This document shows, piece by piece, positions 50,889-59,283 of a stretch of DNA of 64,000 nucleotides; within the stretch, counting starts at the first letter, position 1; every line of letters begins with the position of its first letter. The DNA lies in the IMG/VR virus record IMGVR_UViG_3300037628_000326, positions 4,645-68,644 of that record. One strand, given 5' to 3'. The notes beneath the pieces were generated by a model that was given only the letters and a program-made list of their open reading frames with translations, was not told the DNA's origin and did no database searches. The position numbers and the translations under genes were made by a program. Origin of the DNA: a virus.

Positions 50889-51086
50889 TCACGCTCTACG
50901 GCTCCTACTTCTGCCTACCGGTAACCCACCTGCGTCTATTTTACCCAAGTAATGACCGAGACAACAACCGAAGAAGAGTCCAATCATGTTTCCCCAGGTG
51001 ACCAGGTCGAAGAGATCAACGGCTATGCGGCCCAGTAGCAGGTAGATCAGGATGTAGTAGACAACGACAACCCGAAGCCAGTTCAC
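50889..51086 (-). CDS. Small membrane protein
   Basis: Two hydrophobic helices. Confidence 0.5.
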   Translation of the reverse strand: MNWLRVVVVYYILIYLLLGRIAVDLFDLVTWGNMIGLFFGCCLGHYLGKIDAGGLPVGRSRSRRA

Positions 51087-51508
51087 TGCACGATGTTCCC
51101 GTCTTTGGCCAGCGGGTTCTGGTCAGCGCAGCCCGTGCTGTGCAACTGTCCGTAGCTCGCACCGCAGCAACTGCAGGTCTTCGGCAGGCCGTCGCAGCCT
51201 ATGTTCACCGGGTGGTTGCCATCGCAGTCATAGCAATACGGTGCCTTCATGGGGCTGTTCTGGTGATGTTCTGGTACGTTGGGCCCGGCGAGTTGTGTTT
51301 CAGGCCACCCTGGTGGCCGCTTTTGAGGCAATTCTGCCCGATTTACGGTGATTGGGAGCGAATGATGCTGCCTGGCGAGTAGTCCGACCCAGTCCTCAGG
51401 GACCTCTACATCCTCCCCTTCGACGATCACAGCCACCTCGACGCCACGTGTATGCATGACGTCGATCTGCCCGTCGTCAACGTAGATCAGGACCTTGGGG
51501 GTAATCAT
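51083..51508 (-). CDS. Hypothetical protein with C-terminal Cys clusters
   Basis: CYDC..H...C / CSCCG...H..GC. Confidence 0.55.
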   Translation of the reverse strand: MITPKVLIYVDDGQIDVMHTRGVEVAVIVEGEDVEVPEDWVGLLARQHHSLPITVNRAELPQKRPPGWPETQLAGPNVPEHHQNSPMKAPYCYDCDGNHPVNIGCDGLPKTCSCCGASYGQLHSTGCADQNPLAKDGNIVQ

Positions 51509-51867
51509 CCGGGCTTTGGCCAGTCGTCAGGCTCGTAATCGGCGTACACCTCCTTGAATGCTTTATTGAGGCCATCGGCCATCTGCTGTGAGAACTCGGA
51601 CCTGGTCAGGATACCGCCGCGCTTCTTGACGTCTACGCACAACTGCTCGAGTGATGCCTCGGTCAGGTCGTACGGTATGGTCGCGCCTTCAGCTTTGAGC
51701 GGCGCCAGGCCGAAGCCTTCGGTCAGGTCATGGTGTGCGGCATCGTGCAGCAGGGCTGGATGTTTCATGCTGCCCAGCGCCACACCGTCATCAGGAATGA
51801 GCTTCTCGCTCACTACCGCAGCGGTGGCTACGCCGGCCAGGCGCTTCAGGAATCCTCGTCTCTTCAT
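51505..51867 (-). CDS. Tat-signal protein built from scrambled major-capsid fragments (protein B)
   Basis: MKRRGFLK plus hydrophobic helix; DGVALGSMKHP, GFGLAPLKAEGATIPYD, DLTEASLEQ and RSEFSQQMADGLNKAF..YADY.PDDW match four MCP segments. Confidence 0.8.
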   Translation of the reverse strand: MKRRGFLKRLAGVATAAVVSEKLIPDDGVALGSMKHPALLHDAAHHDLTEGFGLAPLKAEGATIPYDLTEASLEQLCVDVKKRGGILTRSEFSQQMADGLNKAFKEVYADYEPDDWPKPG

Positions 51868-51920
51868 GTCGTGACCTCGTCTGGACTTGAACGACCGTTC
51901 GGTTCTCGTTCGCGTTTCGT

Positions 51921-52172
51921 TCAGCTTTCGTTCGGTCCCTCGACCTCGCGGCGAATCTTTTCCTCGAGGTACCTTCGGCGCTCAGTAGCTGGCTTCGCTG
52001 GCTTCGTTGGCTTCTTTGCCTCTGGCTTCTTGGGCGGTGGCTTGGGGGCCGGCGCTTCGCCGTACTCCTCCTCGCGGCGCTTACGTCGAGCTTCGCGCTT
52101 CGTTGCTACCTTGCACGAGATGCCCTTCGGGTCTTCCCGGCAAATCTCTTTGGCAGACCGCGAAGAGGGCAC
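51921..52172 (-). CDS. Lys/Arg/Pro-rich small protein
   Basis: 83-aa low-complexity ORF. Confidence 0.45.
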   Translation of the reverse strand: MPSSRSAKEICREDPKGISCKVATKREARRKRREEEYGEAPAPKPPPKKPEAKKPTKPAKPATERRRYLEEKIRREVEGPNES

Positions 52173-52516
52173 TACTGCTCCCTCTCCACGGCTTCATCCG
52201 TGTCCTTGCCTCGGTCCCGTAGCGTGTCGATCGTGGACCGACCAGGCGTGCCGATAGTAGTCGGCTGTGGCTTGGGTGCTGCTGCTGTCGCCACCTCTGG
52301 TTCATCGCGTGCTTTTTCGCTGGCGTCTTTGCCTTCCTGGACGCGACGTTCAATCTCGCGGCGTCTGGTTGCAGCATCGGCCGGACCCACTTTGGGGCGC
52401 GGTCGTGTGCTTGGCTTAGGTGTAGACAGTGGCGCACCGTGAGCAACAACTGGTTTCTCTGCCGGCTTGTCAGGCCTGCCTGCATTCGCCCTACGATCTG
52501 CCCTTCGATCGGCCAC
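52172..52516 (-). CDS. Low-complexity hypothetical protein
   Basis: TAGTG-coupled ORF. Confidence 0.45.
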   Translation of the reverse strand: MADRRADRRANAGRPDKPAEKPVVAHGAPLSTPKPSTRPRPKVGPADAATRRREIERRVQEGKDASEKARDEPEVATAAAPKPQPTTIGTPGRSTIDTLRDRGKDTDEAVEREQ

Positions 52517-52788
52517 TACTTCTGCGACGGTGCTGACCGAACCTTGCCGTAGCGAGGATCGTCGTAGCCGCCGCTCTCCGCGTTGCCCGTGCGTTCGCTG
52601 CGTAGCTCAGCGGATGAACCTTCATCGGCTGCTCTGGTCGCGTACGGCGGGTCATACGGTGGGAAGTGTGGATAGTCCTCCATCTTCCGCATCCCGAATT
52701 CGACATCGCCTTCTTCGGGATAGGTGTCAGCAGGATTGTCTTCAGTGGGCGTCTCGTGAAGCTGCCCTGGTTTCAATCGCTCGTCCAT
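52516..52788 (-). CDS. Acidic disordered hypothetical protein
   Basis: GGAGG RBS. Confidence 0.5.
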   Translation of the reverse strand: MDERLKPGQLHETPTEDNPADTYPEEGDVEFGMRKMEDYPHFPPYDPPYATRAADEGSSAELRSERTGNAESGGYDDPRYGKVRSAPSQK

Positions 52789-52839
52789 TGTAGCCCTCCA
52801 ACAATGGTGATTTGCGGTTTTTGCTGCTCGCGGAGTCTA

Positions 52840-53049
52840 TCACCCTCGAGCTTTGTGTGTCTTGGTCGGGTTGCCGCTGGGCGTCACGCAGGCCTCGCCT
52901 GGTTTAGCCCCGCACTTCGGACAGTCATTCCCGTCTGCCGGGTCAGCGGCCGCAGTATCTCCGCCAGTTGCTTGTGCTTCGCGCTGTCTGTTGCGCGCCG
53001 TGCCGGCACGGTTTCCCTGCCTGCGTTTGAGGTCTTTCCTGCGGCCCAT
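52840..53049 (-). CDS. Small zinc-finger protein
   Basis: CPKCGAKPGEAC...H..R; AGGAG RBS. Confidence 0.65.
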   Translation of the reverse strand: MGRRKDLKRRQGNRAGTARNRQREAQATGGDTAAADPADGNDCPKCGAKPGEACVTPSGNPTKTHKARG

Positions 53050-53058
53050 AGCTGTCTC

Positions 53059-53247
53059 CTAAGCTGGTATTTTGTCGATGATTTTCTCGGCCATTTTCTC
53101 GACTGGATCGTAGAGGTTGCCGATGATGATGCCAGCGGCCATGCCTCCGAAGAATAATGTCGTGGCTCCAGGCCACACGAAAAACAGCACCAGAGCAACA
53201 CCGCCAGCGAGTATCGCTTGCTTGCCCATCTTCTTGAGAAAGTCCAT
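53059..53247 (-). CDS. Small 2-TM membrane protein
   Basis: MDFLKKMGK... after GAGGAGG. Confidence 0.6.
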   Translation of the reverse strand: MDFLKKMGKQAILAGGVALVLFFVWPGATTLFFGGMAAGIIIGNLYDPVEKMAEKIIDKIPA

Positions 53248-53269
53248 GCGTGTCCTCCTCTCAGTGATC

Positions 53270-53626
53270 GAGGAGCGCGATCGACGTAGAGAGCCTATTC
53301 CCCAACAGAGTCGATGGCTGGGTACCGTACGGTTTCCCATTCCCCAGCGGCGTCTTGCGGTCGCTCCAGCTTATCTTGTCGGAGATCAAAGGCGCGCCAA
53401 CGTCTCCATCCAAGTCATGCAAGCCATCTCTGCGAACCGGGCCGTTCCTTGCCAGGCACCATACGGTGCCCTTCATCGCTCAACGCAGTTTGTTTGCTCT
53501 CGTCGAACGCGCTCACAAAAACCCTCAGGAGTTCTCGTACCCACGGTCCAGTCATATGCTCGGTTCTTGACCTGACTGGCCCCGGACTGCATAACGCCCG
53601 TTGCCCGAGGGTTTTTGTCAACGCGC
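53270..53626. ncRNA. Candidate structured non-coding RNA/regulatory element
   Basis: No convincing ORF; nested inverted repeats ACAAAAACCCTC (53515-26)/GAGGGTTTTTGT (53607-18) and CCAGTCA/TGACTGG, plus further hairpins near 53280-53340. Confidence 0.3.
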
Positions 53627-53934
53627 TACACTCTAGCGGCTACTCGTCTCGCTCGCTTCTCCTTCCTGCCCGCGGTATCAGCATCCAACAGCGCCTGGCG
53701 GTCTGCCTTGGCTGCGGCTGCTGCCTCCTCGGCTGCCTCAGTATCCCAGCCGATCGTCTTGCCCCATTCCTCCATGATTTTCGCTTCGTATTTCTCGCGC
53801 AGTTTCGCGAGCGCCTTGTGCGCGCGCTTCACGAGTTTGGGGTCTGGTTGCAAGTCCTTGCGGCTGGCCCTGTGGATGCCGGCAGAGATGGCCAGGCTCA
53901 GGCTGAACTTGCCGCAGTCGCGTCTAACGCCCAC
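53626..53934 (-). CDS. Hypothetical basic protein
   Basis: 102-aa ORF; start uncertain. Confidence 0.45.
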   Translation of the reverse strand: MGVRRDCGKFSLSLAISAGIHRASRKDLQPDPKLVKRAHKALAKLREKYEAKIMEEWGKTIGWDTEAAEEAAAAAKADRQALLDADTAGRKEKRARRVAARV

Positions 53935-54133
53935 GGCCCTTGCCCTTCATTGCTTTGGATAGTCGGCCGGAGCGCTGGTCGGCTTTGTTATATTCTTGCG
54001 CGACCTTTCGGGTGACGCCGGCCTTCCGAGCTTTCTCCGGATTGTGCGCCATCATCGCCATGTATCTGGCTTGCTTGTTCGACCTGCTCGGCATCACGGT
54101 ACCCTCCGTGCGTTTGCCGGAGTTTAGCGATGG

Positions 54134-54430
54134 CTATTGCCTGTGTCCAGCGAGAATCCTGATCTCGCATGCTCGGCGGCGAAATCTGCTGCGGTCGTAG
54201 TGCCTCACGACAGGCAGATAAACTGGGGATCGAGCCGGCGAATACACCGGGGTGTACATCTGGCGATGGCCGTAGGTCGCGCTCCACAGCGTGTACCGCA
54301 GTGGATCCTGAACGTAGAGATAGGCCTCCGGCATCGGGTAGGCATACCAGAACGAATCGTGCTCGGCATGCGCGACATTTAGCCCGAAGGCTAAATTTAG
54401 ACAGGCGAGTAAAGCGATCTTGATTTTCAT
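54134..54430 (-). CDS. Secreted hypothetical protein
   Basis: MKIKIALLACLNLAFGLNVAHA signal peptide; GGAGG RBS. Confidence 0.55.
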   Translation of the reverse strand: MKIKIALLACLNLAFGLNVAHAEHDSFWYAYPMPEAYLYVQDPLRYTLWSATYGHRQMYTPVYSPARSPVYLPVVRHYDRSRFRRRACEIRILAGHRQ

Positions 54431-54531
54431 GTGTGGCCTCCCTGGAGAGCCATCATGGCTCCGGTGCCAAAGATGTAGATCATGCCCAGTAGGATGACGA
54501 TGATCACAATTCTGATTATCCATTTTGCCAT
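54427..54531 (-). CDS. 34-aa single-TM peptide
   Basis: MAKWIIRIVIIVILLGMIYIFG after GAGGAGG. Confidence 0.5.
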   Translation of the reverse strand: MAKWIIRIVIIVILLGMIYIFGTGAMMALQGGHT

Positions 54532-54541
54532 GATTTCCTCC

Positions 54542-55207
54542 TCAGGATAGGGCACCAGTCTCATTATCGATGGTCGCCGGGGCGCCCTTGTCTGGCAGTT
54601 TCGCATGGCTCTGGAGCTCAGCCATCCACTTCTCAAGAATCTCGTCCGGCACCTGCGACAAGTCCACCCGGTAGGTCTTGGTGATGCGCTGCTCGAGGAT
54701 GAGCTTCTCGTTGAACATGCCGAGATGCTGACCCATGTCGCGCAACGATTGGCGCTTGTCGTAGAACGTGTAGCGGTAATCGAAATCGTAGCCGCCATCG
54801 ATCACGACTTTCTGCCGGTCCCAGCTGGCGACCGCTTTCGCCTGGTCATCAGTCAATTCATTCGGCGCCTTGCCGATCACCATCGGTGTCCCGCGGTACT
54901 CGACTACCCGAATGTAATTCTTGGGATTGATGAATCCCATGGCAGCCAGTTCCTCGACGACGGCGTCGACGGTGACATCAAAGTTGCGCTGGATAACCTC
55001 GGCCTTCGCCTCTCGCAGATGTGCGATGTACGGCGCAAGTTGTTTCACGAGCGTGGGGACTTTCTTCTTGACCGTCGTCTCTGCATAGCCAGCCTTCCGG
55101 CCGGCGTCGACCGGACTTAGGCCATCGACAACGAGCGCCTGGCACAGCAGGTCCTGCTGCTTGGTCTTCGGCCAGCCACGGCCATTGTGTCGCTCAATCT
55201 CAGCCAT
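54542..55207 (-). CDS. terS: Terminase small subunit
   Basis: KQQ..C...DAGRKAGYA HTH; VT.D.VVEELA.MGF; YDK..SL..MG.HLGMF. Confidence 0.85.
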   Translation of the reverse strand: MAEIERHNGRGWPKTKQQDLLCQALVVDGLSPVDAGRKAGYAETTVKKKVPTLVKQLAPYIAHLREAKAEVIQRNFDVTVDAVVEELAAMGFINPKNYIRVVEYRGTPMVIGKAPNELTDDQAKAVASWDRQKVVIDGGYDFDYRYTFYDKRQSLRDMGQHLGMFNEKLILEQRITKTYRVDLSQVPDEILEKWMAELQSHAKLPDKGAPATIDNETGALS

Positions 55208-55463
55208 CTTGACCGATCCCGAATACCTGAGAGACGCGATTGTCATCGCCGGGGAACTCATGCCAGATCATCAGGGATTGCTCCTCAGTCACGGGCCGTA
55301 CTTCAATCCGATTGGCACCCTCAACCAGCAGCCCAATGTCCTCCAGGACCTTGCCTGCGGCCTCCATTCGCGTCCAACCAGGTAACCGAGCCATACAGTT
55401 AGGCACCTGAATCTCCACCGTAGCGCCGATACTGGTCACGATCATGCCACGAATTACCTCCAA
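55200..55463 (-). CDS. Hypothetical protein
   Basis: First gene of the leftward late region; start uncertain. Confidence 0.45.
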   Translation of the reverse strand: MEVIRGMIVTSIGATVEIQVPNCMARLPGWTRMEAAGKVLEDIGLLVEGANRIEVRPVTEEQSLMIWHEFPGDDNRVSQVFGIGQDG

Positions 55464-55481
55464 ATTTCACTCCCCAGTCCC

Positions 55482-55510
55482 TTGACTGATGTACTGTGCT
55501 GTAGTAACTT
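55482..55510 (+). promoter_or_regulatory. Sigma70-like promoter for the early + strand cluster
   Basis: TTGACT-17 bp-TAACTT, AGGAG RBS at 55541, ATG 55553; divergent intergenic region. Confidence 0.55.
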
Positions 55511-55552
55511 CCTTTATAGGGTAGCAAATCACATCATAACAGGAGCATTACC

Positions 55553-55849
55553 ATGGCCAAACGGATCACACCGAAGCTAATCCAGGCTTCCGATGACCTC
55601 GGAACAATCCTCGCAGAGATCGCTGCGCTTCAAGAGCAGAAGGGCGATCTTCAGAAAGTCCTCATCGACTCAGGTTTTGACGAGATCGATGGCACTTTGT
55701 TTCGCGCCACCGTCAGTCACAGCGTCCGCAAGCAGGTCGCGTGGAAGCGCATCGCCGAGAAGCTCGGCGTATCGAACCAGCAGATCGCTGCTAACACCAC
55801 CAAGATTGACATCGACACCGTTCGCGTCGTCGCAAGGAAAGCTTCGTGA
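55553..55849 (+). CDS. Conserved phage early protein
   Basis: D.LG.I.AEIA.L......L...L...G...I.G.LFRATV. Confidence 0.7.
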   Translation: MAKRITPKLIQASDDLGTILAEIAALQEQKGDLQKVLIDSGFDEIDGTLFRATVSHSVRKQVAWKRIAEKLGVSNQQIAANTTKIDIDTVRVVARKAS

Positions 55850-56115
55850 AAACCAACGCCGCCGTCGCCGCTTTCGACAATCCTCGCTACAAGCATGACG
55901 CGCACCACATTCGCGTAGTCACCAAGACCGGTTGCGAATACGCAGTCTCTATTGATGTGATCGATGTCGCGACCGACGGCTTTTGGCAGGACGATGGCTA
56001 CATCTACGGCACACGAATCAACGGCACAAAAGGTGGACCATTCCGGCGCGGCACTCAAGATCAGTTGCGCTGGTTCTACCTTAGGAATGTATCACTACAT
56101 GAGGGCAAATCATGA
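55846..56115 (+). CDS. Hypothetical protein
   Basis: GTGA coupling. Confidence 0.55.
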   Translation: MKTNAAVAAFDNPRYKHDAHHIRVVTKTGCEYAVSIDVIDVATDGFWQDDGYIYGTRINGTKGGPFRRGTQDQLRWFYLRNVSLHEGKS

Positions 56116-56257
56116 AAGACTACATCGCAATCTTCACCACCAAAACACGGACGGCGACCGTCGTTCGATTCCATACGTTCAGCAAGCAACTCGCGCAGGC
56201 TGCCGCTCAGCGGTACGCGCGGGACTTCTCGCTTCACCTTGATGCGGTTACCTCAGT

Positions 56258-56593
56258 ATGAGCAATCACATCAAACTGACCTCGTGCTGCAACGCACACT
56301 CCACCTTCGACGAGAACGGCGAACTCTACTGCAAGCGCTGTTACGAGGTCGTGCCGATAGGCGAGGGCGATGGCAGCGTAGAGATCAAAGACCCGTGGGT
56401 CATCCTTTGCGAAGTCTGGGGTGGCGTCACGGGCAGCCGCAAGGCCTTCTACAAGTATCACGACACCATCGTCGTGTACGAGGGCAAAGAGGCTGCCGAA
56501 GAACACGCCAAGCAGTTGGACATCACGGTGAATTCGAATCCGAATCGCTGCGCCAACTTCAGGTACACCGCCGAAGCGGCCGAGGATATCTAA
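56258..56593 (+). CDS. Hypothetical protein with N-terminal Zn ribbon
   Basis: TSCCNA...YCKRC. Confidence 0.6.
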   Translation: MSNHIKLTSCCNAHSTFDENGELYCKRCYEVVPIGEGDGSVEIKDPWVILCEVWGGVTGSRKAFYKYHDTIVVYEGKEAAEEHAKQLDITVNSNPNRCANFRYTAEAAEDI

Positions 56594-56817
56594 TGGCGCT
56601 GCTGTACATCAGACCAATAGTCCACACCTCAAGTTTCGCCAGAGGCCAGTTGGCCTTTGGCGATCTTCAGGCGCTCGGATACCTCACCAAGGAATACATC
56701 TCAACGGGCGAACCCGACTACCACGACATCGAATGGCGGGTGGTCGGATACATCGAATTCGACGATTCAAATGGCAACCACTGGCAACAGGGCGACGTCA
56801 TCACTTGGAGCAAATGA
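56593..56817 (+). CDS. Hypothetical protein
   Basis: TAATG coupling, MALLYIRP. Confidence 0.5.
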   Translation: MALLYIRPIVHTSSFARGQLAFGDLQALGYLTKEYISTGEPDYHDIEWRVVGYIEFDDSNGNHWQQGDVITWSK

Positions 56818-56818
56818 A

Positions 56819-57196
56819 ATGGAAATCAAGAAAATCACACCGGCTATCTGCAAAAAGATACGCAACCAGATCAACGAAGACCTCGCCGCACTGGGCAAGG
56901 AATACGGCCTCACGATTCACGCTGGCAACGCATCCTACGATGCCAACGCAGTGACCTTCAAAGTCGAATGCGCTCTCGCTGACTTCGACAGGAACAAGGA
57001 TGATTTCGACAAGACCCACTTCCTGTTCGACCTGCCGGCCGACGCATACGGCAAGGAATTCACCTTCGGCGGTCGCAAGTACACGCTGGTCGGATTGAAG
57101 CCGAACCGTCCGAAGTTTCCGATTCTTGCCGCCCGTGATGGCAGCAATTACAAACTACCAGAGAAAGCGATCGCATCGCTGCAGGAGAAATCATGA
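56819..57196 (+). CDS. Conserved phage hypothetical protein
   Basis: IR..I...L......YGL.I..GN.SY...F...G..YTL.GL...RPK.PI. Confidence 0.7.
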   Translation: MEIKKITPAICKKIRNQINEDLAALGKEYGLTIHAGNASYDANAVTFKVECALADFDRNKDDFDKTHFLFDLPADAYGKEFTFGGRKYTLVGLKPNRPKFPILAARDGSNYKLPEKAIASLQEKS

Positions 57197-57450
57197 CCGT
57201 TCAAATCAAACTATGGAAAGACAACAAGCGCTCACAGGAGTGGACGCTGGAGGCCGAGGAACTGGCCAAGCGGTTCTGGAAATGGAACCTCAAGGAACGC
57301 ATCACCGACACTTGGCCACTGGACCGATGCGTTCGTGCATTCGTTACTGATAGCGAGGCCGAGGGTGGCCTGCAGAGCGTCTTCGATGAAGATCAGTACA
57401 ACGATATCTACAGCACCGTTCGCAACGCATGGCCGGAGGATCAGCAGTGA
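57193..57450 (+). CDS. Hypothetical protein
   Basis: ATGA coupling. Confidence 0.55.
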   Translation: MTVQIKLWKDNKRSQEWTLEAEELAKRFWKWNLKERITDTWPLDRCVRAFVTDSEAEGGLQSVFDEDQYNDIYSTVRNAWPEDQQ

Positions 57451-57665
57451 GTACTTACAAGATCGTCCGGTTCTTTCACGGGAAAGCAGGTGCCGATGGG
57501 CATCTGCAGTCCACCAAGCGGACCATCGAAACTGGCCTGTCTCTGGATCAGGTGCAGGCACACTGCAGTAATCCAGAGACCGCAGCCAAGACCTGCACCA
57601 GCGCAGCAGGGCGCGCACGGACGCGCAAGCACGGCGACTGGTTCGACGGCTACTACGAGGAGTAA
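57447..57665 (+). CDS. Conserved phage hypothetical protein
   Basis: YKIVRFF...RTI.TGL.L...QAHC..PET...WFDGY.E. Confidence 0.65.
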   Translation: MSTYKIVRFFHGKAGADGHLQSTKRTIETGLSLDQVQAHCSNPETAAKTCTSAAGRARTRKHGDWFDGYYEE

Positions 57666-57668
57666 ATC

Positions 57669-57887
57669 ATGGGCAGCAGCAACATCGAATACATGGCCAA
57701 AGAGATCGCCGACAAACTGGTCGGTGCCAAAATCACGGGGGCGATTGAGTCACCCGGTAACGATTTTTCCGAAGGCAGCTTCGGTTTCAACGTGACCGCC
57801 AAAGGCGGCAAGAAGCTGCAGGTCTGGGTTGACATGGACCCCGAAGGCAACGGGCCAGGCTGGCTTCAAATTTGCGAGGAGACGTAA
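57669..57887 (+). CDS. Hypothetical protein (DPEGNGPG motif)
   Basis: L.GA.I...V..DPEGNGPG.L. Confidence 0.6.
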   Translation: MGSSNIEYMAKEIADKLVGAKITGAIESPGNDFSEGSFGFNVTAKGGKKLQVWVDMDPEGNGPGWLQICEET

Positions 57888-58099
57888 TGGATATCGATTT
57901 CCAAGTCCTGAACGCAGTCAACATTTTTATTCTGTTTCCAATCACTGAGCGGGCTGACAACTGGGTAAGCGACAACATCCAGATCACCGACGAGACTCAG
58001 TACTGGGGGCAGAAAGGCATCGTGATTGAGCATGGCTACATCGGCTCAATCATGGAAGGAATTCTTAACGATGACCTCACCATGGAGGCGGCAGCATGA
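57887..58099 (+). CDS. Hypothetical protein
   Basis: P.TE.A..W..DN...W...VIEH.Y...I..G. Confidence 0.6.
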   Translation: MDIDFQVLNAVNIFILFPITERADNWVSDNIQITDETQYWGQKGIVIEHGYIGSIMEGILNDDLTMEAAA

Positions 58100-58566
58100 T
58101 GTATCAATTAGAGATTCAGACCGACGGCCAGTTCGTACCAGTGGCGCAGAGCCGAGACCCAGACACGCTCTGGAAGCGCAAAGAGAAGGAACGCGCCATC
58201 CAGTTCCGCTCCACCGGGCACAGAATTTTTCGCGCCGATCGTAAGCGCCTGAAGAATGGCGAGCTTGCCGGTGCGCCGAGGGCCGCAGCGCGTCGCGTCT
58301 CACCCGGTGTCTTGGATGTTCAGCGCCAGGCCAAGCTTGCCGCCGAACATATCCGCAGCGCCGAGCATAAGGGCGTCCATGTGTTCCCGCTGGGCAAGGG
58401 CCACGCTCATACATCGAACCAGTTCCGCAAGTACCTGTTCGGTGAACTCACCGGCCGCACCGGGTGGCTTGACGACAGCGATCGGGTGAAGGCTGAGGCC
58501 GCAGCCGAGCGCCTCGGCTACATCATCATCGAAGTCGATCCAGATGACTACCGGAGTACCTCATGA
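58096..58566 (+). CDS. Hypothetical protein
   Basis: ATGA coupling. Confidence 0.5.
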   Translation: MMYQLEIQTDGQFVPVAQSRDPDTLWKRKEKERAIQFRSTGHRIFRADRKRLKNGELAGAPRAAARRVSPGVLDVQRQAKLAAEHIRSAEHKGVHVFPLGKGHAHTSNQFRKYLFGELTGRTGWLDDSDRVKAEAAAERLGYIIIEVDPDDYRSTS

Positions 58567-58757
58567 AATATCGCGTACAAGTAAACACCTACGGCGATCC
58601 CGAGGATTCGTGGGCTGGCAATGCCATCACTCACGCCTCCAGGGCGCAAGCAAAAATCGCCGCAGAGGATTTGGCCAGCCGCTGGACGGCGGTCAAATTC
58701 TGGCGCGTCATCGATCAGAACGACAAGGTCGTCCTGTCCAGTCAGGACCCGTCATGA
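58563..58757 (+). CDS. Hypothetical protein
   Basis: W.GNA......A....DL..RW.AV..WRV. Confidence 0.6.
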   Translation: MKYRVQVNTYGDPEDSWAGNAITHASRAQAKIAAEDLASRWTAVKFWRVIDQNDKVVLSSQDPS

Positions 58758-58918
58758 AGCGAATAATCATCACGGTCAAAGACGATCACGAGGTCGAGAT
58801 TATCAATCAGGTTCTCCACGAGGCCGAGGAATGTGACCCCGCACTCCAGTTCCCGTTCGACTTCAAAGTGGAGGATGTCGACGACGTCATCCACCCCTAT
58901 TTTGAGGATGGAAAATGA
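58754..58918 (+). CDS. Hypothetical protein
   Basis: ATGA coupling, MKRIIITV. Confidence 0.5.
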   Translation: MKRIIITVKDDHEVEIINQVLHEAEECDPALQFPFDFKVEDVDDVIHPYFEDGK

Positions 58919-59283
58919 TCGAATTCACAGAAGACACCATTGGCATATGGTTCGTTGGTTTGCCAGACAGCGATTGGCTCGCGTCCATATTCATGAAGGA
59001 TGGCAAGGCCTGCCTGGTATACAGATTTCGTTATCACGTTGACGACAAGACCTTCGAATCCAAAGACAAAAAGAACTGGTACACGATGGAGCCGAATGCC
59101 AGCAGAGATGGCGACTTGGATAAGTTGCTGGAGGTCGTGCGCTCCATCGCCGGCCTGATGGCCGCTAAGGCTGACACCGAAGTGTACGAGATCATGATGG
59201 AAAATTTCGACGACATGGGCGCGTTCTTGGAGGAGTTCAGGAAGGCACCATTCGTGACAATCGAAGAGGAGAAACTACATTGA
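58915..59283 (+). CDS. Hypothetical protein
   Basis: YRFRY...D...F.S.D.KNWY motif. Confidence 0.6.
   Translation: MIEFTEDTIGIWFVGLPDSDWLASIFMKDGKACLVYRFRYHVDDKTFESKDKKNWYTMEPNASRDGDLDKLLEVVRSIAGLMAAKADTEVYEIMMENFDDMGAFLEEFRKAPFVTIEEEKLH

Noticed and set aside
47406-51867. Reading the MCP-like ORFs as pseudogene remnants or assembly chimeras
   Set aside because: Both are intact, coupled to neighbours and carry an N-terminal Tat motif. They are too diverged from the MCP to be misassembled copies. This is disfavoured rather than formally excluded.
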